IMG/VR virus record: IMGVR_UViG_3300039008_000325
Span: 49,372-113,371 of that record
Strand: one strand, 5' to 3'
Source of the DNA: a virus
Lineage: Duplodnaviria > Heunggongvirae > Uroviricota > Caudoviricetes
DNA length: 64,000 nucleotides
Made by a program: the position numbers and the translations under genes
The notes under the pieces: generated by a model
Seen by the model: only the letters and a program-made list of their open reading frames with translations
The model's database searches: none
What the model was told of the DNA's origin: nothing
Shown here: piece by piece, positions 1-9,326 of the stretch
Layout of the letters: the number at the start of each line of letters is the position of its first letter
How positions within the stretch are numbered: the stretch's first letter is position 1

Positions 1-103
1 AATAATTTACTTCATAGTTTTTATCTATATACACGGTTTCAATTTTACAAGCATCTTTAATTAACTTTTTAACCTCTTTAATATCTATATCTGTATAAGC
101 CAT
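1..103 (-). CDS. hypothetical protein, N-terminal part only (gene runs off window start)
   Basis: minus-strand ATG at 103-101 with AAAGGAGAA SD just upstream (rc of 104-118); frame open to position 1. Confidence 0.35.
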   Translation of the reverse strand, partial: MAYTDIDIKEVKKLIKDACKIETVYIDKNYEVNY

Positions 104-158
104 TTTGTTCTCCTTTTGTGATAAGAATATATTCTTATTCTAATATTTAAACTGAATA

Positions 159-845
159 TTATTTAATTTCAAAATCGACTATATTATCATCATTTAGATG
201 TATTATTGCAAAATCTTCAATATTAATATCTTGTATATGAGCAAAATGTAAAATATCTTCAATTAATTTTGATTTGATATATGTATGTTTCTTTTCTTTC
301 TTAATAGTTCTTATGAATGAAAACATAATTACAGATGTAAAATAACCCATTGCTTCTTTATTATAATATGAAAAATTCCCGATATATTTTATACATTGAA
401 ATACAGCTTCTAACACCATCTCATCTTTAAATGTGTAACAATAATAAGATGGTAGTTTAGATATTTCTTTTGCCATTTTTAAGAAACAATTACCAATATA
501 ATCATTTGGATTTTTAACTTCAAAATAATCTAGAGTAACTAAATTCTTATTAATATCTTTATAAATTTCTTTATAGAATTTTTCTTGAAGCTTATATTCT
601 CTTTCCTTCTTTAAACCACGTTTTCTAGAAGAGTTTTGATTTCTACTTCTACTTGATATTTTATTTAGTTCTTCTTTTAAATATTTTAAATATAATTTAA
701 CGTTCTTCTTTTTTGTATCACCTAATTTCATATCAGTATTCTTTTTTAAATATTTACCTAAAAATCTTCTATGAAATAATTTATAAGCGTGTTCTTTATT
801 GTATTCACAGACTGCTTCTGCAAACTTCACTTTATCAATATACAC
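159..845 (-). CDS. late-transcription sigma factor, T4 gp55-like
   Basis: C-terminal block ...NFSYYNKEAMGYFTSVIMFSFIRTIKKEKK matches the T4 gp55 pattern [31 protein letters not shown]. Starts with GTG after an AAGAAGGGGA SD. Consistent with abundant TATAAATA late promoters in the window. Confidence 0.55.
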   Translation of the reverse strand: MYIDKVKFAEAVCEYNKEHAYKLFHRRFLGKYLKKNTDMKLGDTKKKNVKLYLKYLKEELNKISSRSRNQNSSRKRGLKKEREYKLQEKFYKEIYKDINKNLVTLDYFEVKNPNDYIGNCFLKMAKEISKLPSYYCYTFKDEMVLEAVFQCIKYIGNFSYYNKEAMGYFTSVIMFSFIRTIKKEKKHTYIKSKLIEDILHFAHIQDINIEDFAIIHLNDDNIVDFEIK

Positions 846-856
846 AATTCCCCTTC

Positions 857-2356
857 TTATATATTAAAATTAATCTCTTCCCGTACAATTAATTTATCTC
901 TCTTGTAGTATCCTAACCTATCTTTATATTGACCAACGAAAATGTTTTTATATTTAAATTTATCTACAACATCATAAATGATACCGTATTTTTTCGATTT
1001 ATGTAATCTAAGTAATCTTCCTAAAGATTGAAATATTGTTTCATATTTTCTTAATGGTTGTGCAAATATTAATTTATGAATATTTTTAACACTCCAACCA
1101 GTTGATAATAAACTATATGTAGCAATAACGATATTATTTTCACTTGATTCTAATATACCTCTAATATTAGATCTTAATTCTTTCATCTCTTTAGAAGTAT
1201 CACCATTTATTAAATAAACATTTTTATTTGGATAAATAGCTTTAGCTTGTTCGTATAAATCGTTACCATAATTAGCTAAATCGTTACATAAATATAAAAC
1301 ATTTTTATCTTGATCTTTTGCAATCTGTAATAAAAACATATTTCTATTATAAGCATGTCTCTTTACAATATCTTTTTCTTGTTGATAAGTATAAGGCATT
1401 ATTGGTTTCACTAAATCATAGTTGAATATAATAGGTTGAATTCTAACATCAGCGACTTGTTCTCTTTCCATTAATTCTTCTAATGTAGTTACTATATAAG
1501 GGTCTCCAAATACACTCTTAACTTTATTTAGTTGAATTTTTTCACTAGGAACAGTTCCTGTAAATCCACATTTATACTTTGCATTAGTACATTTAACTAT
1601 AATCTTTTGTGATGAATTATTTGATGATTTATGTGATTCATCAAATATAACTAGTTCATAATCATCAAAAAATGATGCAGGTTTATCTTTAATACCTTGA
1701 TAATTCATGATATGAATCTTTTTAGAATAATCATTTTTATCACCTTTTTTAGTAACATATTCTAAAACTTCATTTTCAGCAATAAAATCAATATCATTTC
1801 TTGAATAATCTTTAAATTCTTGTCCAAGTTGTTTAATTAAATCACAATTAGGTACAACTAGTAAAATTTTACTAGGATTTAAATATTCTAAATATGTACG
1901 AATCATCAAATACATAATTAAACTCTTACCTGAAGATGTTGGAGATATTAACAAATTATAAGGTTTCTTAGTTGATTGCAACACTGCTCTATATTGATAA
2001 GAGTGTGGTGTAATTTGTTGATTTTTATCATTAAACACTTGAATATTTTTTAAATAATCTACAACCATATCTTGATCCATAACAGGACAAACATATTCTT
2101 TAATTCTATTATCTACTCTATATTCGATTCCATTTGATTGTAGTAAAGATATTAGTTCTTTTAATAAACCAATCTTTAATAATTTATTTGTTCTATTAAA
2201 TAATCTTACAGTTGCGATATTTTTATTTTTCTTATAAGCCCACGTGAAAATCATCTTCTTATCAAAGTAAGAAAAATGATTTTCAATAAGCGTTAAGTAA
2301 TCTGTATTATCTGTATTTATCTTTACATTATTATAATTGTAAAATATTATATCCAT
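857..2356 (-). CDS. SF2 DNA/RNA helicase (UvsW-like)
   Basis: Walker A LISPTSSGKSLIM, DExH box VIFDESHK, size about 500 aa like T4 UvsW. Confidence 0.65.
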   Translation of the reverse strand: MDIIFYNYNNVKINTDNTDYLTLIENHFSYFDKKMIFTWAYKKNKNIATVRLFNRTNKLLKIGLLKELISLLQSNGIEYRVDNRIKEYVCPVMDQDMVVDYLKNIQVFNDKNQQITPHSYQYRAVLQSTKKPYNLLISPTSSGKSLIMYLMIRTYLEYLNPSKILLVVPNCDLIKQLGQEFKDYSRNDIDFIAENEVLEYVTKKGDKNDYSKKIHIMNYQGIKDKPASFFDDYELVIFDESHKSSNNSSQKIIVKCTNAKYKCGFTGTVPSEKIQLNKVKSVFGDPYIVTTLEELMEREQVADVRIQPIIFNYDLVKPIMPYTYQQEKDIVKRHAYNRNMFLLQIAKDQDKNVLYLCNDLANYGNDLYEQAKAIYPNKNVYLINGDTSKEMKELRSNIRGILESSENNIVIATYSLLSTGWSVKNIHKLIFAQPLRKYETIFQSLGRLLRLHKSKKYGIIYDVVDKFKYKNIFVGQYKDRLGYYKRDKLIVREEINFNI

Positions 2357-2357
2357 T

Positions 2358-3608
2358 TTATAAAATATCTCCTGTTGATAATGGTTTTGTTAAATATAAA
2401 CCTTCAATTGATTTACATCTTGAAAGTGCAACATACATTTGACCTGAAGAAAACATTCCACGACCTTTATCGATAATAACTTCATCTAAAGTTTTACCTT
2501 GAGATTTATGAATAGTAATAGCCCAAGCTAACTTAATTGGAAATTGAGTGAATGAACCAATTTCAATTTTTTCAATTTTATCACCATTTACTTTATAATC
2601 ATAATTAACGAATTTTTTCATTTCCACTTTAATATCTTTTCCGTTAACATCAATCTTAACATAATCATCTTCTATTTCTGTAATAGTACCTGTTGTACCA
2701 TTTACATATCTTCCATGTATATCATTAGTAATTGTCATTACTAAAGCTCCAACTTTTAATACTAATTCTTTTTCAGTTGGATATTTTCCTTCTTCAAACT
2801 TACCTTCAATATCTGCATCAAAAGTATATGAAGTACCTTTAATCATTTCTAAACGTTCTTTATTAATTTCTAACTCTTGTTTTCTATAAGGTGTTAAAGT
2901 AACAATGTCTGTTCTATTAACATCAATATGTCTTTTATTTAATTGATCTACCGTGAAATCAAGGTTCTCTTTGTCTCTGACGTTATTTAATAACTTAATA
3001 AATGAATCATCACTTTGTCTGAACACTGTATCGAATTCAACAATACTCCAATTTTCTTTATCAATTAATTTTGAATCATAGAAATAAACACCATTATATT
3101 TATTAAAATAATGTTCTTCTTCTTGTTTTGAAACAATTGGAGGTAATTGTTCTAAATCACCAACAACGATAACTCTTTTACCACCAAATTCTTTATCTGG
3201 TCTACCACATTTTTGACATGTAACATTGATAGCATCAAATACATCAGCTCTAACCATTGATATTTCATCAATGATAATTATATCAGTATTTTCAAGTAAT
3301 TGTTTTACTTTTTTACTTGGCTTAATTTGTTTTAAATTAAACATTCCAACAGGTAACTTAAAGAATGAGTGAATCGTTGATCCACCAATATTGATTGCAG
3401 CTATACCTGTAGGTGCAACTAACACGATATTCTTCGATTTATATCTCTTTAACAGTTCATTAATGAAGAATGATTTACCAGAACCAGCTTTACCTGTGAT
3501 AAATAAATTCTTTTTATCTTCTTCAATAACATCAAATGCTTGTTTAGCACCTTCAGTCATTATGAAATCTGAACTTTTAGTTTTCTTTATATTATCAAAT
3601 GTTGACAT
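2358..3608 (-). CDS. SF1 DNA helicase (Dda/RecD-like)
   Basis: Walker A ITGKAGSGKSF, Walker B IIIIDEISMV, C-terminal SF1 motifs; stop of this gene abuts start of previous ORF. Confidence 0.7.
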   Translation of the reverse strand: MSTFDNIKKTKSSDFIMTEGAKQAFDVIEEDKKNLFITGKAGSGKSFFINELLKRYKSKNIVLVAPTGIAAINIGGSTIHSFFKLPVGMFNLKQIKPSKKVKQLLENTDIIIIDEISMVRADVFDAINVTCQKCGRPDKEFGGKRVIVVGDLEQLPPIVSKQEEEHYFNKYNGVYFYDSKLIDKENWSIVEFDTVFRQSDDSFIKLLNNVRDKENLDFTVDQLNKRHIDVNRTDIVTLTPYRKQELEINKERLEMIKGTSYTFDADIEGKFEEGKYPTEKELVLKVGALVMTITNDIHGRYVNGTTGTITEIEDDYVKIDVNGKDIKVEMKKFVNYDYKVNGDKIEKIEIGSFTQFPIKLAWAITIHKSQGKTLDEVIIDKGRGMFSSGQMYVALSRCKSIEGLYLTKPLSTGDIL

Positions 3609-3680
3609 CTCTCTTCCTTATTTTTCACTATTTTATAATCTTTTATATATTTAATCATTAATAGTTTATAAAGTGAAACA

Positions 3681-3702
3681 AATTATAAATACTTATAAAT
3701 GA
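3681..3702 (+). promoter_or_regulatory. late-promoter-like element with tandem TATAAATA/TATAAATG boxes
   Basis: AATTATAAATACTTATAAATGA; exact T4 late -10 consensus TATAAATA at 3684-3691. Confidence 0.4.
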
Positions 3703-4420
3703 TCAGGAAAATAAACTTTAGTAGAACTTGTTTATTAAGTTGATTATTATAATGAATAATATCCGGAACATTTTTATGTTCAAAGGTCGTCAGGGGAATA
3801 CTTTATTGTAAGATCCTATATTATTAATTTAATATGAACATTTTAAAGAATGATGGTTAGTTGGGTTTCATTACCAGTGAAATAAGGCTTCTAGAAATAT
3901 TAGCAACCATCAATAAAGAATACCAAAGAGAGATACATAATTTAATATTTTGCAGCCTTTAATTAGGAATAACTGATATATACATTCGAAAGTTTTAGAA
4001 GTAGGTGTATATAAATATTAAAGTGAACCGTAAGTAGTTATACTTGATTTAACCTTACGTAAGCGCAAGTATACAGAAGTAATATATGAGATAATATGAT
4101 AACATTAAAGGGAGTTATCACTAAAGCTATTATCTAGTAAAATGATTAATTTCATTTCGATGTATTATAGCTGAGATACTGGACCGCATTGGAATAAAGA
4201 TTTTAGGAAGGTAAGAATGCCGCCTCTCCATGTTAATGGATATATTAACGGATCTTAATCAAGGAAGACCTGAAAAATTAGAGTTCAATTAAGAACAATT
4301 TATAAGGAGTCTTTTTCCTATTATGATAGAAATGTCATAATATTTGTATAGGATTATACTGTTAATAATCCCGGGAAAAAGACCCTTTACAGTAATTGAT
4401 TATAAAATATAGAGCTATGT

Positions 4421-4447
4421 TTATGCTGGATTATGCTAATTTATGCT
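4421..4447. repeat. three phased direct repeats TTATGCT (iteron-like)
   Basis: TTATGCT at 4421, 4431, 4441 with exact 10-bp spacing inside a 1.1-kb ORF-free region. Confidence 0.5.
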
Positions 4448-4710
4448 TTTATTAAGAAACCTCTCACTTCGTGAGATTTAATTATCTCGTTTCACTCGCT
4501 AATTAAATACTATCATTTTTTATTTAAGATATAATTAAAGAAATAATTCATTTCAATAATTAAGAAAGAAATTCATTCTAATATTTGAGCAGGAATTAAG
4601 AAGAGTCTTATTTTCCTATTCTTTTAATCTTAATTTCGAGCAGGGTTTCCTGCGAGAATAATAATAAAATTCCCTTGTTCCCCTTACATACTTACACCCT
4701 GGATGACCAT

Positions 4711-4730
4711 AATTATAAATAATAATATAA
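4711..4730 (+). promoter_or_regulatory. late promoter variant upstream of portal gene
   Basis: AATTATAAATAATAATATAA, one mismatch to the 20-nt consensus; 16 nt upstream of ATG 4746. Confidence 0.6.
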
Positions 4731-4745
4731 GATAAGGAAAAAAAT

Positions 4746-6245
4746 ATGATTTATAATTATTACGGGGATTCTCAAAAACCAGTTGTATTAAAAGATCCAA
4801 TTGATATTAAAAATCAAGCTGTGGATGATCTAAACATTGGTGGTTTAATTGGAGGGTTTGAGAACTCATTTTCATTAGGTTTCGGTAGAGCTAATCAATT
4901 TGATAGAAAAAAACAAATAAAGATATATAGATCTTTAGCTCTTTATGATGAAGTAGATAACGCAATCAACCATATTGTTAATGATATGATATATGTTGAT
5001 GATGATAAAGAATTAATCAAATTAAATTTAGATAATATTGATTCTGAATTAGATGGAATTTCTAAAAATATTAAAGAAAAAATGAATGAATGTTTCGAAG
5101 ATGTTCTTTATTTACTTAATTTTAGAAAAGAATGTTATAATATTCTAAGACAATTTTATATTGATGGTGTAATGTATTATCAAGTAGTTGAAGGTTCAAA
5201 GGGAATACAAAAGATTATTAACCTAGATCCTTTAAAAGTTACTGTTGTTAATAACGTTAAATATAAAAGAGTAAAAGATGTTGATATCGTATCAAATGAA
5301 GATAAAGTATATAAATATGAAAAAAATGGAAACTCTAAACCTATATTAATTGATAAGAATAATATAGTTTATTGTGATAGTGGATACTATATTGATATTG
5401 ATTGGAAAAATTCAAGTATTAAAGTTCCAATTTCATATTTACAAAAAGCTATTAAGTTAATTAATTGTTTACACAATCTTGAAGATTCTATCGTTATGTA
5501 CAGAATTGTAAAAGGTGTTGAAAGACAAGTTCACTACGTTGATATTGGAAACAGATCACCTAATCAAGCTAAACAATATATGGCAGATTATATTGCTAAC
5601 TTAAACAATAAAGTGGAATATAATTCAAAAACTGGAGAAATTGTTAATAATAACAATCAAGTTCCAATGTTACAAAATATATATGTTCCAAGAACAGCTA
5701 CTTCAAATAGTGAAATTGATACTATTGGTGGTAATACACAATTCTTAAATGATTTAAGTGATATTGAACATATTAAGAAAAGAGCTTATAAAGCCTTAAA
5801 TGTACCTTATTCAAGATTAGAAGATGAAAATCAAGGTTTATTTGGTAGAGCTAGTGAAATATCTAGAGAAGAACTTAATCACTATCAATTTATTGTTAAA
5901 TTAAGAAATCAATTCAATACATTGTTATTATCATTACTTAAAAAACAATTGATTCGTAAGAAAATTATGACTGAAGATTTATTTAATTCAATTAAAGAAA
6001 AAATTGGATTTATCTACAGTGAAAGTAATTATATTACTCAATTAAAACAGTTAGAAATGATGAATAATAGATATGAAGTATTAAGAAATCTTGATGAATA
6101 TGAAGGTAAATATATCTCAAGAAACTTTATATATAAGAATGTATTCAATATGACTAAAGAAGAAAAAGAAGAAGAAATCAAACAAATGTTAGCTGAAAAA
6201 GCTGAAAAGAAAAAACTTGGTATTGATCAAGAAGAAGAATTTTAG
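4746..6245 (+). CDS. portal vertex protein (T4 gp20-like)
   Basis: YRSLALYDEVDNAINHIVNDMIYVDDDKELIKLNLD aligns with the T4 gp20 pattern [36 protein letters not shown]. The acidic C-terminus ends ...QEEEF, as gp20 ends ...QEDF. Confidence 0.9.
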   Translation: MIYNYYGDSQKPVVLKDPIDIKNQAVDDLNIGGLIGGFENSFSLGFGRANQFDRKKQIKIYRSLALYDEVDNAINHIVNDMIYVDDDKELIKLNLDNIDSELDGISKNIKEKMNECFEDVLYLLNFRKECYNILRQFYIDGVMYYQVVEGSKGIQKIINLDPLKVTVVNNVKYKRVKDVDIVSNEDKVYKYEKNGNSKPILIDKNNIVYCDSGYYIDIDWKNSSIKVPISYLQKAIKLINCLHNLEDSIVMYRIVKGVERQVHYVDIGNRSPNQAKQYMADYIANLNNKVEYNSKTGEIVNNNNQVPMLQNIYVPRTATSNSEIDTIGGNTQFLNDLSDIEHIKKRAYKALNVPYSRLEDENQGLFGRASEISREELNHYQFIVKLRNQFNTLLLSLLKKQLIRKKIMTEDLFNSIKEKIGFIYSESNYITQLKQLEMMNNRYEVLRNLDEYEGKYISRNFIYKNVFNMTKEEKEEEIKQMLAEKAEKKKLGIDQEEEF

Positions 6246-6249
6246 TTAA

Positions 6250-6702
6250 ATGAGAAAGAAAAGATCTAAATATAAACAAGGTAAATATAAACCTATTAAT
6301 CCTGATAAATATGTTGGTGATATTAATAATATTATATATAGATCGGGTTGGGAATTAAAATGGTGTAAATTATTTGATAATAGTCCTTCAATTATTGAAT
6401 GGGGAAGTGAACCTTTTTCCATTCAATATGTAGGAATTGATAATAAGAATCATAGATATTTTCCAGATTTTGCTATTAAGTATAAAAGTACTAATAACGA
6501 AGTTAAGAGAATGTTAATTGAAGTTAAACCTTTTGCACAAACTCAACCACCAAAAAGACAAAGTAAATTTTACGGGGATCACATTACCACTTATTTAACT
6601 AATCAACATAAGTGGAAAGAAGCTAAGAAGTATGCAAAACGTCATAATTCAGAATTCGTTGTATTAACTGAGCATTCCCTTAACAAATTCACCAAGAGAT
6701 AA
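6250..6702 (+). CDS. head completion protein gp4-like (PD-(D/E)xK nuclease fold)
   Basis: 150 aa, same as T4 gp4; motif YFPDFAIKY...IEVKP resembles a PD-(D/E)xK core; directly downstream of portal. Confidence 0.4.
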   Translation: MRKKRSKYKQGKYKPINPDKYVGDINNIIYRSGWELKWCKLFDNSPSIIEWGSEPFSIQYVGIDNKNHRYFPDFAIKYKSTNNEVKRMLIEVKPFAQTQPPKRQSKFYGDHITTYLTNQHKWKEAKKYAKRHNSEFVVLTEHSLNKFTKR

Positions 6703-6766
6703 TTTTGTTGTTGACTTTGAAAAAACATAATATAATATCCTTAACAAGAAGAGGAGAATTGTAAAG

Positions 6767-7342
6767 ATGTTTAAGAAAAAAATTCACAAATATATTATTG
6801 AACAACATATGAGTCATGAATATTTATTTAATAAAATCATATTTAATGGTGTAAATTTCTTTGAGAAATTCGATGGTTTTTTATATCAATTTGCTGAGAT
6901 AACAAGTGATGAATTATTTAGACCAATTATGTTTAATAAGAGTCATTTACTAAATCTAGTAACAACTGTTGATCTAGTTATTAGAAAAGGTAACTTTAAT
7001 ATTTCAAAAGATAAAGATATACATTATTATCATTATGATAAATATGATGAAGTTATATTAAATAATAATTACGTAAAGGAAGATTATCATTTAATTCGTT
7101 TTGATAGTGATGTACAAGTACCATTACACTCATCAAAAGAAATTAGAAAATGTTGTGAGGTTATGAACTTTGGTGAAAGTTTTGATTTTGAAATACCACG
7201 ACATGTGTGTGATAAAATTAATATGTTGTTAGAAGTTGAAAAGAAATTTAATGTATTACGAGTATCATTAGTTGAGAATGTAATGATATTAGAAAATGAT
7301 AAAAACTATTTTATCATTGAAGATTTTAAGGTATTGAAATGA
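6767..7342 (+). CDS. hypothetical protein
   Basis: 191-aa ORF with GGAGAA SD, in the late structural operon. Confidence 0.45.
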   Translation: MFKKKIHKYIIEQHMSHEYLFNKIIFNGVNFFEKFDGFLYQFAEITSDELFRPIMFNKSHLLNLVTTVDLVIRKGNFNISKDKDIHYYHYDKYDEVILNNNYVKEDYHLIRFDSDVQVPLHSSKEIRKCCEVMNFGESFDFEIPRHVCDKINMLLEVEKKFNVLRVSLVENVMILENDKNYFIIEDFKVLK

Positions 7343-7710
7343 AGAAAGATATAGATTTAACACTAAATAAGAATTATATTACTGATAATATAAATCAACT
7401 TACTGGTGCTAAAAAATATAATCAACAATTAAAAAATTTAATGTTATTAATGGAAAATGACTTTAAATATGATGCAGATATTTCATTAAACATATATAAT
7501 CAAATAGGTGAAAATTTTTCACCTGTTGTGATTAACTTAATGAAACAAAAAATCACAGAATTAATTGATATTTATATGTCAGAAATTGAACTTGTAGATG
7601 TTATAATTAAATTTAATTTTGAACAACAATTCTATAAAATTAATATTCAATATTCGATTGTAAATACGATTGATGTAATAGAATTAACTACAACAGTAAG
7701 GAAAATTTAA
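7339..7710 (+). CDS. hypothetical protein
   Basis: start overlaps upstream stop (ATGA), operon member. Confidence 0.45.
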   Translation: MKKDIDLTLNKNYITDNINQLTGAKKYNQQLKNLMLLMENDFKYDADISLNIYNQIGENFSPVVINLMKQKITELIDIYMSEIELVDVIIKFNFEQQFYKINIQYSIVNTIDVIELTTTVRKI

Positions 7711-8780
7711 TGTCTCAAAATAATGCAATTAAAATAAATCTAATAGATTGTATTAAAGATAGAGAAGTGTTTAATATTATTGATTTAGTTCAACATATTG
7801 ATATATATGAAGATATGTATAGTACATATTTAACGTGTAATTTATCAATAATGGATACTAATAACTTTATGAGAAATATAGTTGGTAATGAAACTATATC
7901 TATATCCTTAACTGATTCGAGACAAAGATCATTTAATTATGAATTTAGAATTTATAATATTGAAATTGGTAACGAAAAATCAAATAAACAATTATATACA
8001 TTAAACTTAATTAACCCTGATGCATTAACTGTAAACAGCACTAAAATATCTGATATATATGGAAATACATCAACTACAATTATTGATAAAATATTAACTA
8101 CTGATAAAAAGAAAAATTTTGATATCGATAACAAAAATATGAGTTTATTAATACCAAATTTAAATGTATTTTCAGCAATTAATTTTGTAGCTTCTTTAAC
8201 AGAAAATTATATTTTCTTTGAAAATAAAGAGGGGTATCAATACAGAGATATTCAAAAGATGGTTCAACAAGAATCAAGTTATGAATATGTATATTTAAAC
8301 TCTAAAACACCTTCAGAGGAACAATTCTATAATATATTAGAATTTGACACACCTTATGCATTGAATATATTAGATAATCTTAATAACAATATGTATTATA
8401 AAAAAATTATATTAAATAATTTAAAAACGGGTGCAACACAAGATATAATATATGATTATGGTAAAGAATTTATTAAAACTAATTCATTTGGTGATAAAGG
8501 TTTCGTTAATTTTCAAAACTATCAACTAAATAAAGATATTAGAATTGGTAATAGATCAGATCTGCACACTAGTCATACATTTAAACACGCATTATTACAA
8601 CAATTTCAAAATAATAAAAATAAGTTATTTTGTAATGGTAATTTTGAATTAACTACTGGAAAATGTCTTACAATTAACAGTGGTAATTCTTTAAACAGAT
8701 ATTTAATAACGAGTGTTCATCACTCAATCACAAAAACATCTTATAATTGTTACGTGGAGTTATCATCTAACTCAGCATAA
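7710..8780 (+). CDS. hypothetical virion structural protein
   Basis: 356 aa; start overlaps upstream stop (TAATG); inside the late module. Confidence 0.45.
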   Translation: MSQNNAIKINLIDCIKDREVFNIIDLVQHIDIYEDMYSTYLTCNLSIMDTNNFMRNIVGNETISISLTDSRQRSFNYEFRIYNIEIGNEKSNKQLYTLNLINPDALTVNSTKISDIYGNTSTTIIDKILTTDKKKNFDIDNKNMSLLIPNLNVFSAINFVASLTENYIFFENKEGYQYRDIQKMVQQESSYEYVYLNSKTPSEEQFYNILEFDTPYALNILDNLNNNMYYKKIILNNLKTGATQDIIYDYGKEFIKTNSFGDKGFVNFQNYQLNKDIRIGNRSDLHTSHTFKHALLQQFQNNKNKLFCNGNFELTTGKCLTINSGNSLNRYLITSVHHSITKTSYNCYVELSSNSA

Positions 8781-8800
8781 CATTCGTCAATGTTTATGAA

Positions 8801-8820
8801 ATTATAAATAATTATATAGT
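8801..8820 (+). promoter_or_regulatory. late promoter cassette
   Basis: AATTATAAATAATTATATAG, 27 nt upstream of ATG 8847. Confidence 0.6.
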
Positions 8821-8846
8821 ATAATATTTATAAGGATTAAACATCT

Positions 8847-9323
8847 ATGAGTAATTTTCATCAAAATAAGAATTTTTCGTTTACATTATCTATTGATAAT
8901 GTAGACTTCGGTAATGTTCAAAGATTTAATTTACCTGGAATAACTGTAGGTACAATAGAACAACCTACACGTTTTAAAAGTAATAATATTCCTGGTGATT
9001 CAATACTAGAAGATGATTTAAATATTACAATTCTTTTAGATGAAGATTTTATTAACTATGAACAAATTAGAAACTTAGTTCATAGAACAAATCTTTATAG
9101 TAGTGATGAACAAATCGATCCAGAAAAAAAGAGATTCGATATAGTTATTCAAATGTTTAATAATTCAAATAAAAATATAATTAATTTCAAATATACAAAT
9201 GTTATGTTAGAAAATATATCAGATATTGACATTGATTCAAATTTAGAAGATGATACAGATCCTCTTATTTTTAGTATAGTTGGAAATTTCCAGGAATTTC
9301 ACATTGAACGTAATAGTGAGTAA
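8847..9323 (+). CDS. tail-tube-like fold protein (gp19 paralogue class, e.g. tube initiator or tail completion)
   Basis: FSFTLSIDNVDFGNVQRFNLPGITVG...IPGDSILEDD follows the F.F...LPG...PGD pattern of the tube protein at 11962. Confidence 0.35.
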   Translation: MSNFHQNKNFSFTLSIDNVDFGNVQRFNLPGITVGTIEQPTRFKSNNIPGDSILEDDLNITILLDEDFINYEQIRNLVHRTNLYSSDEQIDPEKKRFDIVIQMFNNSNKNIINFKYTNVMLENISDIDIDSNLEDDTDPLIFSIVGNFQEFHIERNSE

Positions 9324-9326
9324 TAT

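Noticed and set aside
3391-3654. 87-aa + strand ORF from the six-frame track
   Set aside because: Lies entirely antisense within the Dda-like helicase gene; low-complexity translation typical of AT-rich antisense frames.
4300-4340. Tiny ORFs (5-13 codons) with SD-like sequences inside the 1.1-kb non-coding region (e.g. AAGGAGT...ATGATAGAAATGTCATAA)
   Set aside because: Too short and without conservation evidence; cannot distinguish from chance.
3655-4745. Group I or group II intron in the ORF-free region
   Set aside because: Could not identify conserved intron cores (group II domain V or group I P7 elements) by eye, and the region is not inside a gene; left as unclassified ncRNA/origin candidate.
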